Assembly (NCBI GenBank): GCA_040954595.2
Contig: CM082598.2
Span: forward strand, 2,697,062 to 2,761,061
Length of the DNA: 64,000 nucleotides
Origin: Balanoglossus misakiensis
Lineage: Eukaryota > Animalia > Hemichordata
Direction of reading: 5' to 3'
Shown here piece by piece: positions 38,260 through 52,611 of this stretch. The translations under genes were made by a program, and so were the position numbers. Under the pieces are notes generated by a model that saw nothing but the letters and a program-made list of their open reading frames with translations, was not told where the DNA came from and did no database searches. Each line of letters starts with the position of its first letter. The stretch's first letter is position 1.

Positions 38260-38458
38260 GTAACCGCGCATTGTTTGTCATGATCTACATTGTTATACAA
38301 AGTAACAACCACTGTACTTTGTAGCAGTATACAATACAGTGTAATGCAAAGTAGCAACCACGTTGTCTGAAATGATGTACATTGTAGCAGTTACACAACA
38401 GTGCTGTACAAACTAACAACCACGTTGTTTGCAATGATGTACATTGTAGCAGTTACAC
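38260..38458 (-). repeat. Dispersed 62 bp minisatellite family, ~3 units, inverted
   Basis: Reverse complement of gtgtaactgctacaatgtacatcattgcaaacaatgtggttgttactttgtattacactgta. Confidence 0.85.
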
Positions 38459-39194
38459 TTTGACTTTCCAGCAACCGCGTCATGGGACCAATATCAGCAG
38501 TGTATAACTCACAAGTAAGATTGCACTTAATAGCCAAATAGGACAGGACACACTGTTATAACTTTGAAGCTTTTAATATGATTTTATCTAAAAAGCGCGG
38601 ATAGAAAAGACAGAACACAGGACAGAGTGTACGTCACTGGATTTCCTGAATTTTTACCAACTACGTCGTGGTGTTGATGGTCCTGCGGTTTTAGTCCATT
38701 ATCAGGCTGCAGCGGACAACTTTGATATTTGAAGTAAGCCGCTTAAACGAAACTTGGGAATTCAGAGACTGCTATGGGTAAAAACCCTGTCTGAGTATCC
38801 TGCCCTAATTTATGTTAACAAATAACCTCTTGAGCCATTTTGTACGTTAAAGTAGATTCTGAGAGGCCTTCTTCAGCTGTAGAATCAAACAGCTGAAGTA
38901 TGCACTGAGCATGTGTTTCCACTCCCCTGGGGCACAGAAACGGTGATCAGACGATCCCTTTCGGTATACACAGAGTTCTGTAAAGGGTAAAGCTAACCTA
39001 GCTTTCCTATAGAACAATCACCTAGTCTATGAGTGCATGATTCCATAGTAACCTTTACAGGTGTTTTCATTCTGCTCTTCTTGTACCACCTGAACCTACA
39101 AATGCATTAGAGTATATACAGCATACATGTACCCCTTTGTACTTGTTTGTAATATAATACAAATACATATGAAAGCAGTTTAGTATGTAGTATA

Positions 39195-39445
39195 TTAAGG
39201 TGGTGGGCACCTCGAGAGCAGACTTTCATTTCAAAAATGACAGTCCTTCTCCAGACTTGTCAGATCTTTGCTTTATTAAAGTGTGTCAGTATTTTTGAAA
39301 TCAAAGAAGGAGAGTGTTAACCATCATGTTTTCACTGAATCCACTGGTTTAACTTTTCTCCAAAGACTTAACACAGAGACTGGGTGGCCATTTTGAATGT
39401 CAAAGTTGAGACAATTTTGCTCTCTTGTTCAGAATATTGCAATGA
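39195..39445. mobile_element. Degenerate MITE family B copy
   Basis: Starts TTAAGGTGGTGGGCACCTCGA and shares the gagactgg..gtggcca.tttgaat segment with 20667 onward. Confidence 0.5.
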
Positions 39446-42400
39446 CTTATTCAGCTGTTCCCATTCTGGGTTTCAAGTCAGTCTGACTGCTCTAAGGCGG
39501 GAACACTGACACATTCGAGTGCACAAAGAATACCTCTTTGTACTTTCACTTCTTATAATATAATACAAATATGATACGGATGTTTCACTTATTGTAATGC
39601 AACTGAATACGAATGTTGTTTATTAATCTATATGCTGATGTCTCCGTGTCGAGCACTATGCCCATCTACAATAGAACAAAGACTTAGAGATAATCATTAC
39701 TTCGCCGTATGACTGAGATCGCTGCAATCAATCTAGACACTATTATTCTCCAGTCATGTTCCTATTATCTGGAGAACTTAAATTAATTATGTTCATAGCG
39801 TGGGTAGGATCACAGCTGATACGTGGTGTTCCAGTTGAGGAAACACATTTCCGTGGTACTTGATAAAATGTGTAAAGCTTGCGGGATACATTTTTTATTA
39901 CAGTTTCTCCTTTCGTATTCGTTCTTGTAGGAAAGTTGCTCCTTTTTATAAAGAGTGTAATTTCAAAGATGTTCTAAGACACCGTCTTTGTAGTTATTTG
40001 ATTAGTAATGATTGGGATGGGCTGAAGTCTTGATTTCCGATAAACACTGTGTTTTAATGTTTAGTTTAATGGCAATTTGCCATTATTTTCGTCCTTCATA
40101 AAATTCTCTTCTAGGCTCCCCGTGATCAGGTGTTACTTTGACTCGCAGGTAATTTCAGAAAATTATTTCTTTTATCAAAACCCTCCTACCTGATCAACAA
40201 ATCGACACATCGTAAAATATGATATTTTTAGGACTGAGTTGGTTCGAACAAACCTAGTCGTAACGAAAAACGTCAAATTGGTCGCGTTTGTATGACAAAG
40301 ACAAAGATGGCGCCCATTGCAAAATACCAGCGCGGTGTTAACTGGATCGGCTTGCGAAAGATAAGTCTCAGACGAACAGGTGTGTATTCCTTGATGACAC
40401 GGGTTTTCAATAAGTGGCGTGAATCCAAAATGTCAGTTGGTTTTCAGAACGTAATCCCAGCTAAATTAAATTTGCTAAACATACACGTCACTACATGTCT
40501 AAAATGAAACATGTTCAAATGACGAGAACCTTCTAGAATCAATTCCCACGGGGGCGAAGCTCTTGTACGGTGTCTGTGTTTCTCGGAGGCCTTTCTTTTA
40601 AAAGGTTATGTTTTAGATTAAATGTAATTTGAGATAGGTGTGTGTGGGAAAAGCTGTCATTTTATTATACATAATAACAACAGTTTCACCAAACCCATTT
40701 AAACAGAAAAAAGTATTGTAACCTCGAGAAAAGGATATGCAGCCGAATATCAATTTTTTTCGAGATTGTACGAGCATCAACAAGTCCTCCACACAAATTG
40801 TTCATTTAAACAAAAAATCATTGTTAATTGCGCCGGCGAAAACAAGGTGCATATAAAAGCTTTCAAGGGTCGCCTAGCATTTGAAACTAGAAGTTTGCCG
40901 GTTTGTTTCCATGGTTACGTTAGTGGTAATTATGCAGAATGTGAGGAGATATAATCCGTGTAGACCACAATGAAGCAGTAACGTCTTTCACGAGAAGAAT
41001 GTGTTTGACAGTTGAAGCGCCGCAATTAAACTTTGTTATTTTAATCTTCCCCCTCCGCAGGGTTCTGTCAATCGTGCATCAATTATTGATTTCTTTGTCT
41101 ACACTTGCAATCTTCTGATCTTCTCCTGTCATTTCCGGAGAATCCTTTCCATCCCAATCGGGCTCTGTCGGATTTTAGGAAATTTCAAATCTGTTATTCG
41201 GTCCACCTTGACATGTCAATAAAGAAAATTTTCCCATCTGCCCAGGGGCGACTCTATCTCAGATCTGAAACCCCTCCGTCCCGTCCGGATACTGAAAAAA
41301 AAGCCAGAAGGCGTGGCAATAATGATATTGAAACCATTATCTTTAAACGCAGACAAAATAATCAACAGTCGTCGTGCGGAGAAGCAAACTACATCAAATT
41401 TAGAAAAATTGCCCGAGCTCTCTGTAAAAGAGAAAGCCAAATTGTTCATTCGTTTAAAAATAGTTGTTGAACATCCATGCCTGATTTTTTGTCTTCAAGG
41501 CGATCCCACACAGTGTAACGTACTGTAGCAAAGAATAGACATATATACATTGTAGATACACTTCATCTTTTATGAAACTCTCTCGCAAGGAGAGTTTAAC
41601 TTTGATTAAACGTTGAGCTGAGTTCGCCATGCGCTTGTGATTGTTACTAAGTCTTCATTTCGATTATACTGCGCATCACTGCCTCGTTGCTTTAGAACTA
41701 AATAATCAGATAGAATCGTCGTCATATTTAGAAGATTTCATAATTTCTATAATAACGGGATAATAATCAGGAAGGATATTGGTAGCGAATTACGAGTGAT
41801 GTTACTATTTATAGTTGTCTTAATCCCATTTTGTTTGACCTTAATCTTCGTGAGATATTGTAAACACCAGACTTGCTGTTTGTAACCGTGACAGAGCGGT
41901 TTCTCCTAACCCAGGGGCAGTCTGGGTTTGTCTAGGTCCCGTATGACAAAGCCCGCGAACGTATCACGTTGGTCGATCACGCGATGGGGAATTGTAGAGA
42001 TTTTGGCAGAGTGAGATAGGTAGAGACAGACAGTGGCTTAGTCAGTCAGACAGGTGGGTGGGTAGGCAGGTAGGCGGTTCAATCGATGGATGTGAGGGTG
42101 GGTGGATGAATATGTGGGTGGGTGATTGATTGATTGGTTGGCTGGTTGGTTGGTTGGGGAGTTGTGGACATTTGGTTAGATAGAGACAGATATTCAGTAA
42201 GCCTCAGTCAGACATAGATAGATCCGTGTCTTTGAAGTTCTTATTCAAGATGTGACCTTGCACTGTTATTCTCACTTATAAATGCTTGTTCTCTGACTGC
42301 CGTGGAAACTCTGAACATTGCCAGTGCCGCCGTCGGCGGGAACAAAGTTACTCGAGTTTGTGCGTGCATTAAGAGTCCCTGGGAACTCCCCAGCTGTCCC

Positions 42401-42603
42401 GGTTCAACAATTTCCCAGGTCTCCTGAGCGGACTGTTTACGCCAGACCGAGATTTCACTAAGTGGAGCCGCATCCCACCTGCTCCAATCAACTCACCTGC
42501 CGCCCTCCTTCAGACCTGCGCATGCGGAAACCTTTTAGTTCTGTGGCATCTCTCTGCCATATGTAATACCATGCTTTATATACTCAAACAGAAATGGTTA
42601 TTA

Positions 42604-42800
42604 TTAAAGGGACAAAGCCATTCCCTCACTGCCCTTTTCCCGTTAATTATGTTTGATACAAGACACCTTTTATGTTATTCTACGTGGATATATAGTGAAT
42701 CTGATTAGACTACACACACCTTCCATCCCACTTGTAAACACGAGAGGGAAAAATGAATAATAGGTCTCTCTTTATTCATTTTGGCGAGATTTTTACACTC
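42604..42800 (+). mobile_element. MITE family A copy
   Basis: TTAAAGGGACAAAG start; homologous to 8299-8487. Confidence 0.7.
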
Positions 42801-45737
42801 TTATCCTCCAAGGGGCTGGTAAAACTTCGTTGTTTTCTATAGTAATGCTAGGCCTTTGTACAGGAAAATAGGGGTGAAAGAGCGGTTGATATTGCTAAGC
42901 CGATTAGTCTTATTTTTCACTTGCACAATGCTTCGTGTTAAATTTTCTCCTGAGTGCCCGAAACGCCACGGATATTTCAAACACAGCCCAAACGGGCTGC
43001 GAGCACGTTCCTAGCTGTTGTACTGAACGGCCGCAGGCGGCAGGATACACAGCGTGTACGTGTACACAAAAGTCCCCTTTGTTCAGTCACAAAGTAGGTA
43101 GGCGAAAAAAAAATGGTGAGAAGACGAAATGAACCCACGCGCGCAGCATTGAGATGTTGTAGGGTCGTGTGAAAAATAGAGATAGAACATTTCTGTATCG
43201 GAGTGGTGTCTTTCTGGGACAACTCTTACGTCAGTTGTTTTGTTCTCGTTCAACTAACGAAGGCGAAGATTTAGTCTATCTCTACTGTTGGTTTTACTTG
43301 TAAATACGTTGTTATATAACGTGCCTGAAATTTGATAGATTTTCAGTGAAATTGTCTAATCATATTTCATGTCATTTGGTGAGAAAAGCACTCTAAAAGA
43401 AATTGTTATATTTTTTCCATTTTCAGGACCATTACATACCAGACTTAATAATAATGTCTCTCTTTCCATGGAAAAATTATCCCTCCATTTTCCTCGCCAC
43501 TTACAGTTACACAATGGGTGAATCTTCCCGACATTCAATGCGAAATGTTTGTGACATTTAAAAACTTATAATAATTGAAGTGATCTTGTTTTAATTCGAA
43601 CACGATTATCTCGATAAACATCGAATCGCGACCATTTGTATAGAAAAATAAATACTTTTTTTTCAGATGTAACAAAAAGAAGATAGACATTTAATGTGGG
43701 AGGTTTTTTTTATTCAAGACTGATTATGTAAGTCTAGACTATATCTGAGATTTTTACAGAAACAGATTATGATACAAGTTTTTTTTTACGCATCAGTCAG
43801 CCATGTTCGATTCAGAAATTACGACGCCATGAAGTTATATTTGGTATATTTTGTCGTTCGCTTGACAGCCATTTTGTCACATCCCCTGACGTGGTAAGGT
43901 TTATCATTTGGAAGTTAACGATGATTGATACCTTAGGGTGTTTTTTCGAACGTTTAATATTTTCCGTGGTGATATTTATAACGCGTGCGAAAAATCGAAG
44001 CATTGATTTGAGGAGATGTTGTTTTCATCGGTACCATCAACCAAGAAAACGAATCCTATGGCTGGGAGGCTTTCGAGAATTGCAGTCGTCTATCATCTGG
44101 TTCAGCTGAAGGACAGGGGTCATACTTCGGACACATCTGTCACATTGTTGCAAAATAGGCAGGTGGTGTCGTCTGCGAAATTGTGACTAAATTGTGTCGT
44201 CTGCAAAATTGTGACTAAATTTGTTCGATAGTTCAATCGCATCAGAAAAAGCCGATAACCGGTTTGTTCCGCTCATTGTACGTTAACAAGCGACTGCTCA
44301 TCAGGTCAGCACCCAGTGGAATTATAGTTTTCGATCGTGCGTCGTGACAATGTACACGTACTACGCGAAACGCTGAAACTGTAATACTATTTTCACAACG
44401 GGTTGAAAACTGTGCCATTGGCTGCGTATAGTACATGTATAATGTCATGACGTGATTATATTGACAGAATTTAGCTGTTTTGAAAACAAGTCACCCGGTC
44501 ACTATGGTTGGAGACACACCTGCGCACGCAGTCTGTGTGATTTCATACTACTCTGCAAAATATCAACAGCCCATTTTCCCCCTTCGTATGCAATAGATAA
44601 CAGATTTGAATTGACACCTTCCAGTCAATTTGGACGTTTCAAAAACTCACTTCTAGGAGAAATGGGGTCACACGAGCTGACCCGAGTAGACAATTAATCA
44701 AATGCTCCTGTGACCTTGGTAACTTGAATCGTCATCACCAGTTCGCGCCCTCTCAAGGTCTTACCAACCTGACGGCGACATTCCAGTTAGACTGGTACTT
44801 CCGCATCCGGGAAATAAAACATCGCCCAACGTGTTTGTATAGGTGTCCGCTCCCTGTGTTCTCGCTGATCAGTGAGGCGCTTTGCAGAGATAACATTTTC
44901 TAGCAATGGTCCTTTTTACAACCTTAACTTCTAGTGTATGGTCCTTTTGTACTACCCTAACGAAGAACCAAATGTTGACGTGTGCTTTCATAGTGATGGT
45001 CAAATCCAGTGTTCTGCCCTGGGATCGAGAAAAAGGCCTTTAACTAACTGTACTATGATTTTAAGTGTAGATAGCGTAGAAATCACTGTAGCTTCTAAAA
45101 CTAATTAGCGTGTCATCTAGGTTGACTTTGAAGACCGTAGCAATGAACTCGGCCAAGGACGTACACAAGTGTAGACACCATGGTATAAATAATCGAAACG
45201 GTGACTTTCGTGGTGAAGGTCAGATATACTGCAGAATCGTTGAAGAAACAGCCAAGGAACGTATTCCGTTTGCACTAATTTACCTGTGAAGCCCACACAG
45301 TCAGAACTTATCGAGATTTATTGCGAACATATTTGACCTACAGCTATGTATTGTAGAATTAATATTTCACAGCCCAGTCGAGTTAGGGTAAATGTTGAAC
45401 GGAGCCTATAGGAATCTTTAAAACTTTAAGCGCCGACAACTCGTCATTGTTGTACCATAGCCAGCTGTCCCCCGGCATTTGTTGAATTCCTAGAGATTGT
45501 AAAGTGCCCAGTAGTGAAATGATTCCATCAGCCCACTGCGCGTACTTGTCCCAGAATCCACGTGGTGGTCGGTGATATACACTCTTTTCAAAAATGTAGG
45601 TCGTGTCATTGCTGAACTTCAAACGCAGCGGCGAACCGAAGCGTGTGTGGTTTCACCGACAAAACGAGGTTCCCATGACGCAGATATGTAAATCATTTTA
45701 CCACCGCGCTGTAAAGTGTTCCATTTCGATAAACTGG

Positions 45738-45950
45738 ACACAGTTGCTCGCCAGTCAAAGTAGGCGCATAGTGTATCTGCTACAATGTATATCATTGCAA
45801 ACAATGCGGTTAGTTACTTTGTATTAGACTGTAGTATTACTGCAACAATGTACATCATTGCAAACAATGCGGTTAGTTACTTTGTATTGGATTGTAGTAT
45901 TACTGCAACAATGTACATCATTCCCTGCAAAGTGATTGTTACTTTGTATC
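45738..45950 (+). repeat. Dispersed 62 bp minisatellite family, ~3 units with shared leader
   Basis: Leader acagttgctcgccagtcaaagtaggcgcatagtgt, then tandem units. Confidence 0.85.
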
Positions 45951-46035
45951 ACTTTTTATCACATTCCCAATTTTCTTTGATATAACATGTGTTGGCTGGC
46001 AGGGTCTCCCAGAATAGTGGGAATATGCCTTTGGT

Positions 46036-46099
46036 GTCTGTCTGTCTGTCTGGAGTGTCTGCTCTCCCTCCCTCCCTCTCTCTCTCTCTCTCTCTCTCT
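46036..46099. repeat. (TGTC)/(TCCC)/(TC)n microsatellite
   Basis: Directly visible. Confidence 0.85.
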
Positions 46100-48185
46100 G
46101 TACATCCTCCAGGGTAATGACACCCCCACACACGTAACACCAGTAGTTTGAAACCGCGAAGTCGATACCTGACTTTCCGATTAAGATGAGTTACTCGTTA
46201 AGTTGGTTAATGACATCGGTAAACGTATAGGTATTGAGATCAATTAATTGCCTTTCAAATTTCGAACGATCGATGTAACGAAAACAGGGTAATTGAGAAG
46301 CTGTGGCATGACACAGTTTGTAGAATCTGGAACGCTTAAACAGAACAACGTGCAGGCTATTTGTTGTCTAAATGTTCTCGTTTCAACTTTATTGTCTGCG
46401 TTGGCACGCTCTAAAACTTACGCCGGCCGCCGTGTCTGTGTCACCCGTGATGCTTTGGGGTTTGGCGCCTGGGTGTCCGCTCAATAATCAATATGGCGCG
46501 CACGGCTGGAAAATGGGTTCTAAAAATTTAATGCCCGACTAGAATTACTAGAAGCATAGTTGTAGTGTGCCCGCTAGAGACTAAAAGTATTCCTTTTTCG
46601 TGTCACTTTGTTGTGCAATACGTATAATACCAAGAGTGGAGATCAAAGTAAAATAGTTGTACGCTAATTTACATAACAAAGAAACTATCAACGTCACTGG
46701 CACGTGACCATATGAGTTGAAAAGACGTTTTTGATGGTTGGTCATGTATTTTCTTTCGTTTAGTCGGCTTCATAGCAATATCACGTTGCATTTCGAAACT
46801 ACCTGAAGCAGGGTATGACGCCATCTTGTCTGACAAGGAATATCTGGAGTAAGCTTTTCTCACACAATGTATCACACCGCCCAATTTCAATTGCAAACTA
46901 CTTCAGCAGAACGACACCAGAATAGGCCAGATGAATTATATATGTACTTTGGGGAGGAATCGAATCCCAAATCTCACTGCCATCATTCTCTTATTGCGTA
47001 GAAAATGCTGCGGTACACATTTATTGAGAGTTGGTGCGTGCAAATTGACACGTTGCTGGCGGGTGGCGGGATCTTTGTTCGGTTGCACGACGGGCTATGT
47101 AGGTCCCTGTCTTTATTTGGCATTCAGGAAAACGAATTACCTCATTGCACAAATGTTAAGAAGACCATAGCGGACTATGGGTAATCTCGCTGCTTGTGTT
47201 TGTACTGGGCTAATTCTGATCCGGCACCATAGGCTTGTCAGTGTTCTGTCGCAAGTCCGAATAATCACGTGCGCCACCAGGCTTGAGCCATTACCGCCGA
47301 TTTTCGCCTCAAGTTTGGATACCATGGATACCTATGCGGGAAAACACGGATAGTCTAGCTTGTCATGTTGGCAATTTTCACTTCTTTAGTTTATCCCCCC
47401 CCCCACCCCCCATTACAATGCACTTCGTTTTGTGAGTTACTGTCCACGTGTTTGGACGTGAGTGCTTCTCCTATATAATTCCCTACTGTTATACAGTTAA
47501 CCGTAGACAGCCCAAGGGGATCTGTTTGAACCAGTATAGACATACATGTATTTCCAACATTTGCTGGTTCACAGCGGTGTCAATTTATAACGCATGACAT
47601 TAACAAACGTGGTAAATGTCATGTTTTCTGTAAATATACCATATCCTCGGGTACGCATGTGTTATCAGAAAGCAATATTCTAAACAGGTCCCCTGAGAGA
47701 CTCCGGGTTTATAGCTGAGCCGACGGGTTTATGAATGTGAAAATAAGCTTTTAATTCTCTGTGGTTCTGCGCGCGTAACTGCTGCATGGACACACAGACG
47801 GTGTAAAGGAATTGGTCCCACGCCAGTAGACGCCCTTGAACTTGAAGGAGCGGTTCGGTCATACTTTGTGATTAGACAAAATTGAGCAATTCGACAAGGC
47901 AGTGTCAATGCAAAGTTAAGCCTGTGACGATGGTTATAGCGCCCAGGGGTATAGTGCAATCCATACATAATCCAAACCAGTGACCATCACCGACCCATAA
48001 TTCATAAGGTTTCCTAATAACTACAAGGTTTATTCCTGCCGAGGAAATGGGTTTATGTATCTGTTTAAGAGTTGAGCGCACTGCGCGACGCTCTTGTACA
48101 CAAATCAACTGAATAGTCGTCCTTTAAAAGCGTGGGTGTCATCCCATCTGCCGGCTGCGAGTCCCGTAAAAGTTTACCACTGTGA

Positions 48186-48414
48186 CAGTTGCTAGCAAGT
48201 CAAAGTTGGTGCAAAGTGTGACTGCTACAATGTACATCATTGCAAACAATGTGGTTGTTACTTTGTAGTACACTGTAGTTTAACTGCTACAGTGTACATC
48301 ATTGCAAAAAAGTGGTTGTTACTTTGTATTACACTGTAGTGTAACTGCTACAGTGTACATCGTTGCAAACAATGTGGTTGTTACTTTGTATTACACTGTA
48401 GTGTATCTGCTACT
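48186..48414 (+). repeat. Dispersed 62 bp minisatellite family, ~3 units with shared leader
   Basis: Leader acagttgctagcaagtcaaagttggtgcaaagtgt, then tandem units. Confidence 0.85.
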
Positions 48415-51400
48415 ATGCATCTCCAGATTACTCACTACCAAAATCAGGAATAACAATGTGAGGTCACCTCAGCTCAATGTGCTCAATTTGGCACTCAAAA
48501 TGGCCGCCATTCTATATCAGCAGTACGGAGAAAAAACTTCTCACACACTTGAAGGGATTGGAGGGCTGTCAAAAAGTTGCCTGAATTCTCTCTCCAGCGA
48601 AATGAGTCATCGAGTGTACAGTTAGATGTTAGTAACGTGAGTGTTTGCTGTTAAAGGTTTGCTTATCTGAGTGATTCAATAAGTTTCATATTTAATAGCA
48701 CCTGGAGTGTTATGGCCATCCATTGTTTGCTTTATATATCATTCTTGTAATGATATCACCCCTCACCCAGTAATACTGTCGGAAATGTCACCGCTGGTAA
48801 AATAGTAAGCTATAGACTGAAATCCCTTATGTGTTTGCCTTTGCAATTTTTCACATTTCGCCTTTTTCACGTCACCATGGATACCGGTGATGTTTGTAAG
48901 CTGGCACGTTAACCTGTTAAAATAACGACCGACAATCGACGTCAGATGGGTATCATTACAGTCAACATTTAAACTCGAAAGTGCCTCCGAGCCTGAAATG
49001 TCACTCATCTGAAATCAATCTTTCCCGCGTGAGAGATCTGTCGTGAGAGAGCTGGCTTCTCGAGTCAACAGCTCCATTTGGAGAACGGACTCACCTGTCT
49101 GCGGTCGCTAGGATACCACATATCACGGCGCGGATCGCCGGCATCCTTTAACATTTACCAAGCGATCAGGAATCTACGATCTGTCATGCTCAAGATTCAG
49201 ACAGCCCACTTCCAATATGAGTGTAGAAATAATTCTTGGGGTGAGCCCCAAATATGGCCGCCCATGTACCGTTTTAGGTTACCATTTTAACATTATCTGG
49301 ATACTCAGTAAAATTAATGCAAGGCATTTATGGTAAACCCTTAGTTTCCGCCATGCAAGGTTTTTTTCTGGTGCGCAGTAATGGTGGCGCTGTTCATATG
49401 TTATTTTGTAATTTGAATGCACCTGTAGTCAGTATCAATCGGACATATATACATTCTGACGTAATGTATTGCTATGAAGGTGTGATGTACAGCAACTAAG
49501 AGTCAAATTAATGATATTTTGTTTAAAGTAAAAACGCAAAAAATAGTACAACTTGAACTTAATCACCAGAATTCCACGTATGCCCTTTGTACAAACATAA
49601 CATACGAATACACTGAAATTGTTTGACATTTCCCGGATATTTTCGTCACTGACGCATGCGCATGTACTTCAGTAGACAAGAGGTCCAATGATAGGTACAT
49701 TAGCAGGATTTAGCACGTAAGACAATATCCGCCGCAGTCCACATGCAAAACACCTACTGGCACACTTTAACGTTTTTGTCTTTTATCACGTCTTTTTCAG
49801 TCTCATCTGTGGCTTAAACGAACGTGGTAAAGTAAAATACAGGATTGCGCCTGAAGTTTACAGTCGACACATTTTAAAAACTGCCTCCAAGAATTGCCGC
49901 ATTGCTTTGATTTGTGGTAAGATTCCACTTTATTAAAAAACGTTGTTTATTAAGGAAACAGTTGTTTTTTTGCGTTCGTGCTTAGTTGCATTCAGGTCCA
50001 TTTCCTGTCACGTGATATCGATCTTTCCAGAAACTCGAATCATGGCACCTGTCAGCACGAAAATTTAACAATATGCACAGAGCATACATATACGCGGCAG
50101 ACTCTAGCCAAAAGGGCGATGAGCAACTAATACAAACAGCATTAAACAACATTCGATATTAATCAAATTTCAAATTCAGTAATAATGTGCAATCATAATG
50201 TTAGTCTTATGTATTTATTCAATGATGATTAATGTTATCAAGTACACGAAACTAAGCGTTTAATTTAACAAGATGACATTTTTTCCAAATACGATAGTTG
50301 TAATATTTCTTCGTCGCGACACTATGAATTATGACTAAACAGAACAAAGAATTGAAATGAGGTTTCTAGGTATCGTGTTTGTCCCGTTACGTTTGGATGG
50401 ATGGATGGATGAAGCGGTCGGCTGCATTGAGAGCTCAAGTCTTATTGGCCTAGAGCGACTGACGCACCTGGTGAAAATCAATGTGGCGTATACTGTTCGG
50501 AAATGTCAGATTTTGGCTAGATTTGGTATCAAAATGCATCGCTGGTATTGATTTGTTAAAAGCGCAGCTGTTGTCGGATTGCCGTCTCGAATTACTTTCA
50601 CTCGATTTAAAATTAATAGGTTGAAAGGATAGTTTGTGGATTCGATTCTCGTTCGTGTGAGATATCCGTTTTTAATGGCCTGAACTTGACATTTAATTAA
50701 AGGTGACCTTTACTGCAGCCCAGATCAGAGTGATTTTCTAGATCTCTTCACGCCCCCTGCGTCACCATGGTGACACCCCCCGCGCGGTCACACAGTCCCG
50801 CTGCCCCTTTCCGAGTATCAGTTGAACTGCAATTTCCAATGTACCCATATAGCTCACAGCCATGCAGCGGTGATGCGGTTTAATCAAGGCTGTGCGGAAA
50901 GTTCAAACGATAGTGCGGGGACGGAAAGGGAATCAGATGATGTATCGGGGGTCACGGTTCAAGAAAAGACCCGACGGCTGTAACGTCGAGTGGGAGAGTT
51001 GAAAGTCATCAGCTCGTTATAGCGAGCCGAGAACATCCGTGAACGACTTATAATGTGGTAAATAGACCCCATACGGCGAGCGTGGTGCGCGCTGAATCCA
51101 AACTAAGGGGTAGACGAGAATACCAGGCAACTACCTGTCTTTTCGTATGCGTACGGCTTAATAAGTTAATTATTCGTTGTTCGCTTTTCAATTAATTATT
51201 CAACCCGCAAGGCTCCGTGACTAAAGCGGTAGCAACCAGCGTGCGACCGTTCGCGAAAAGACACGTCAGTAGAGACTGCCAACTTGAAGTTCGGTTTTAA
51301 TTTGCAAGGTCACGGTACAAACTCAGCTGACATATCGAATTTAACCGTTTGCCGGAGGAAACTAGATCCATAATTATCTTACTGATGTTGTGCGTTATCT

Positions 51401-51627
51401 TCCCTCGTGAGGTTAAACAAACATCTGTTTTCGCGCGTCTTCTTGTTGTTTTTACCAGTCTAGACCTCAAATGCAGTCGAGGTTGACACTTAATATGGCG
51501 AACAGATATGCAACCTACATCAATATGATCAATGTCAGAACGAAACAACAAGACAGGTTGGAAATAAATGAAGTAGTAGATACAAAGAACAAAAGTAGTA
51601 AGCGAATATCCTAAAGCTGCAGCTGAT

Positions 51628-51847
51628 TTGTATTACACTGTAGTGTAACTGCTACAATGTACATCGTTGCAAACAAAGTGGTTGTTACTTTGTATTTACA
51701 CTGTAGTGTATCTGCTACAATGTACACCATCCCAAACAATGTGGTTGTTACTTTGTATTTACACTGTAGTGTATCTGCTACCATGTACATCATTGCAAAC
51801 AATGTGGTTGTTACTTTGTATTACACTGTAGTGTAACTGCTACAATG
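51628..51847 (+). repeat. Dispersed 62 bp minisatellite family, ~3.5 units
   Basis: Same unit as 48217-48414. Confidence 0.85.
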
Positions 51848-52611
51848 AGGACATTTTGGGGTCGTTGACTCATACAAACGATTTTCGCTTCAGAAAGTTA
51901 AATATCGAAGCGGAGTTCAATTATTGAAAACTGTTCTCCGCTTTCTATAAGTGCCTGTACGTGTAAAATGACAACTTTTCAGATCAACAAGACAGTTGAG
52001 CATGTCAACTTGAAGGAACGGCCATATTATTCTCGTCTCGCGTTCATTATTTTCCTGCGCAAAATACTATCCGATTTCGCTTTCTGGGTTTCAAAATGGC
52101 ACATAGTCGCAATATTAGCAGCACTGAGAATGACGCGTTTAACTCTGTGACTTATTGAGCAGTAGACTTTTGTCAAATTACAATTTTATTTTAAGACTAG
52201 TGATAAGCTGACAGCTTTAAATACTAGTACGATCTAACCTTTGTGAGGCTAAGGTGGTTAAAATGAACACTGCAAGGTTAAATATTGAGAAGTCAGTCAC
52301 TCAGTCAGTCAGTGGATCGGTCGGTCAGTCATGAATACATATGTGGACATGTTTGAGAAATTTAGGGGAAGATGTGACGAAACCACCACCCCTTATTCAA
52401 ACAATCGTTTTATCATCACTGAAAAATGTCAGCTGCGAAAGAATATCATATAAATTACTCACTTTGGTAGTATTAACTGTTACGAAGGTACTGCGAATGC
52501 ACAGAATTTAAATATCAATGGTGGATGAACAATAAGGGTGTTCGTCTGGCATTACCCGTAGAGGTACACCTGGGTATTTTGAATATTACGTAAGGTTTTT
52601 TTTTATTCCAG

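Noticed and set aside
39756-39863. 35 aa signal-peptide-like ORF (MFLLSGELKLIMFIAWVGSQLIRGVPVEETHFRGT)
   Set aside because: Too short, with no cleavage or amidation pattern and no convincing exon link; compatible with chance.
46931-47170. ORF containing CCGTHLL, similar to insulin B-chain CGSHL
   Set aside because: Cys spacing is wrong, and there is no phase-1 donor or downstream A-chain exon.
48771-48792. TAATACTGTC, matching the miR-8/200 5' end
   Set aside because: The 3' half does not match and no precursor hairpin is evident.
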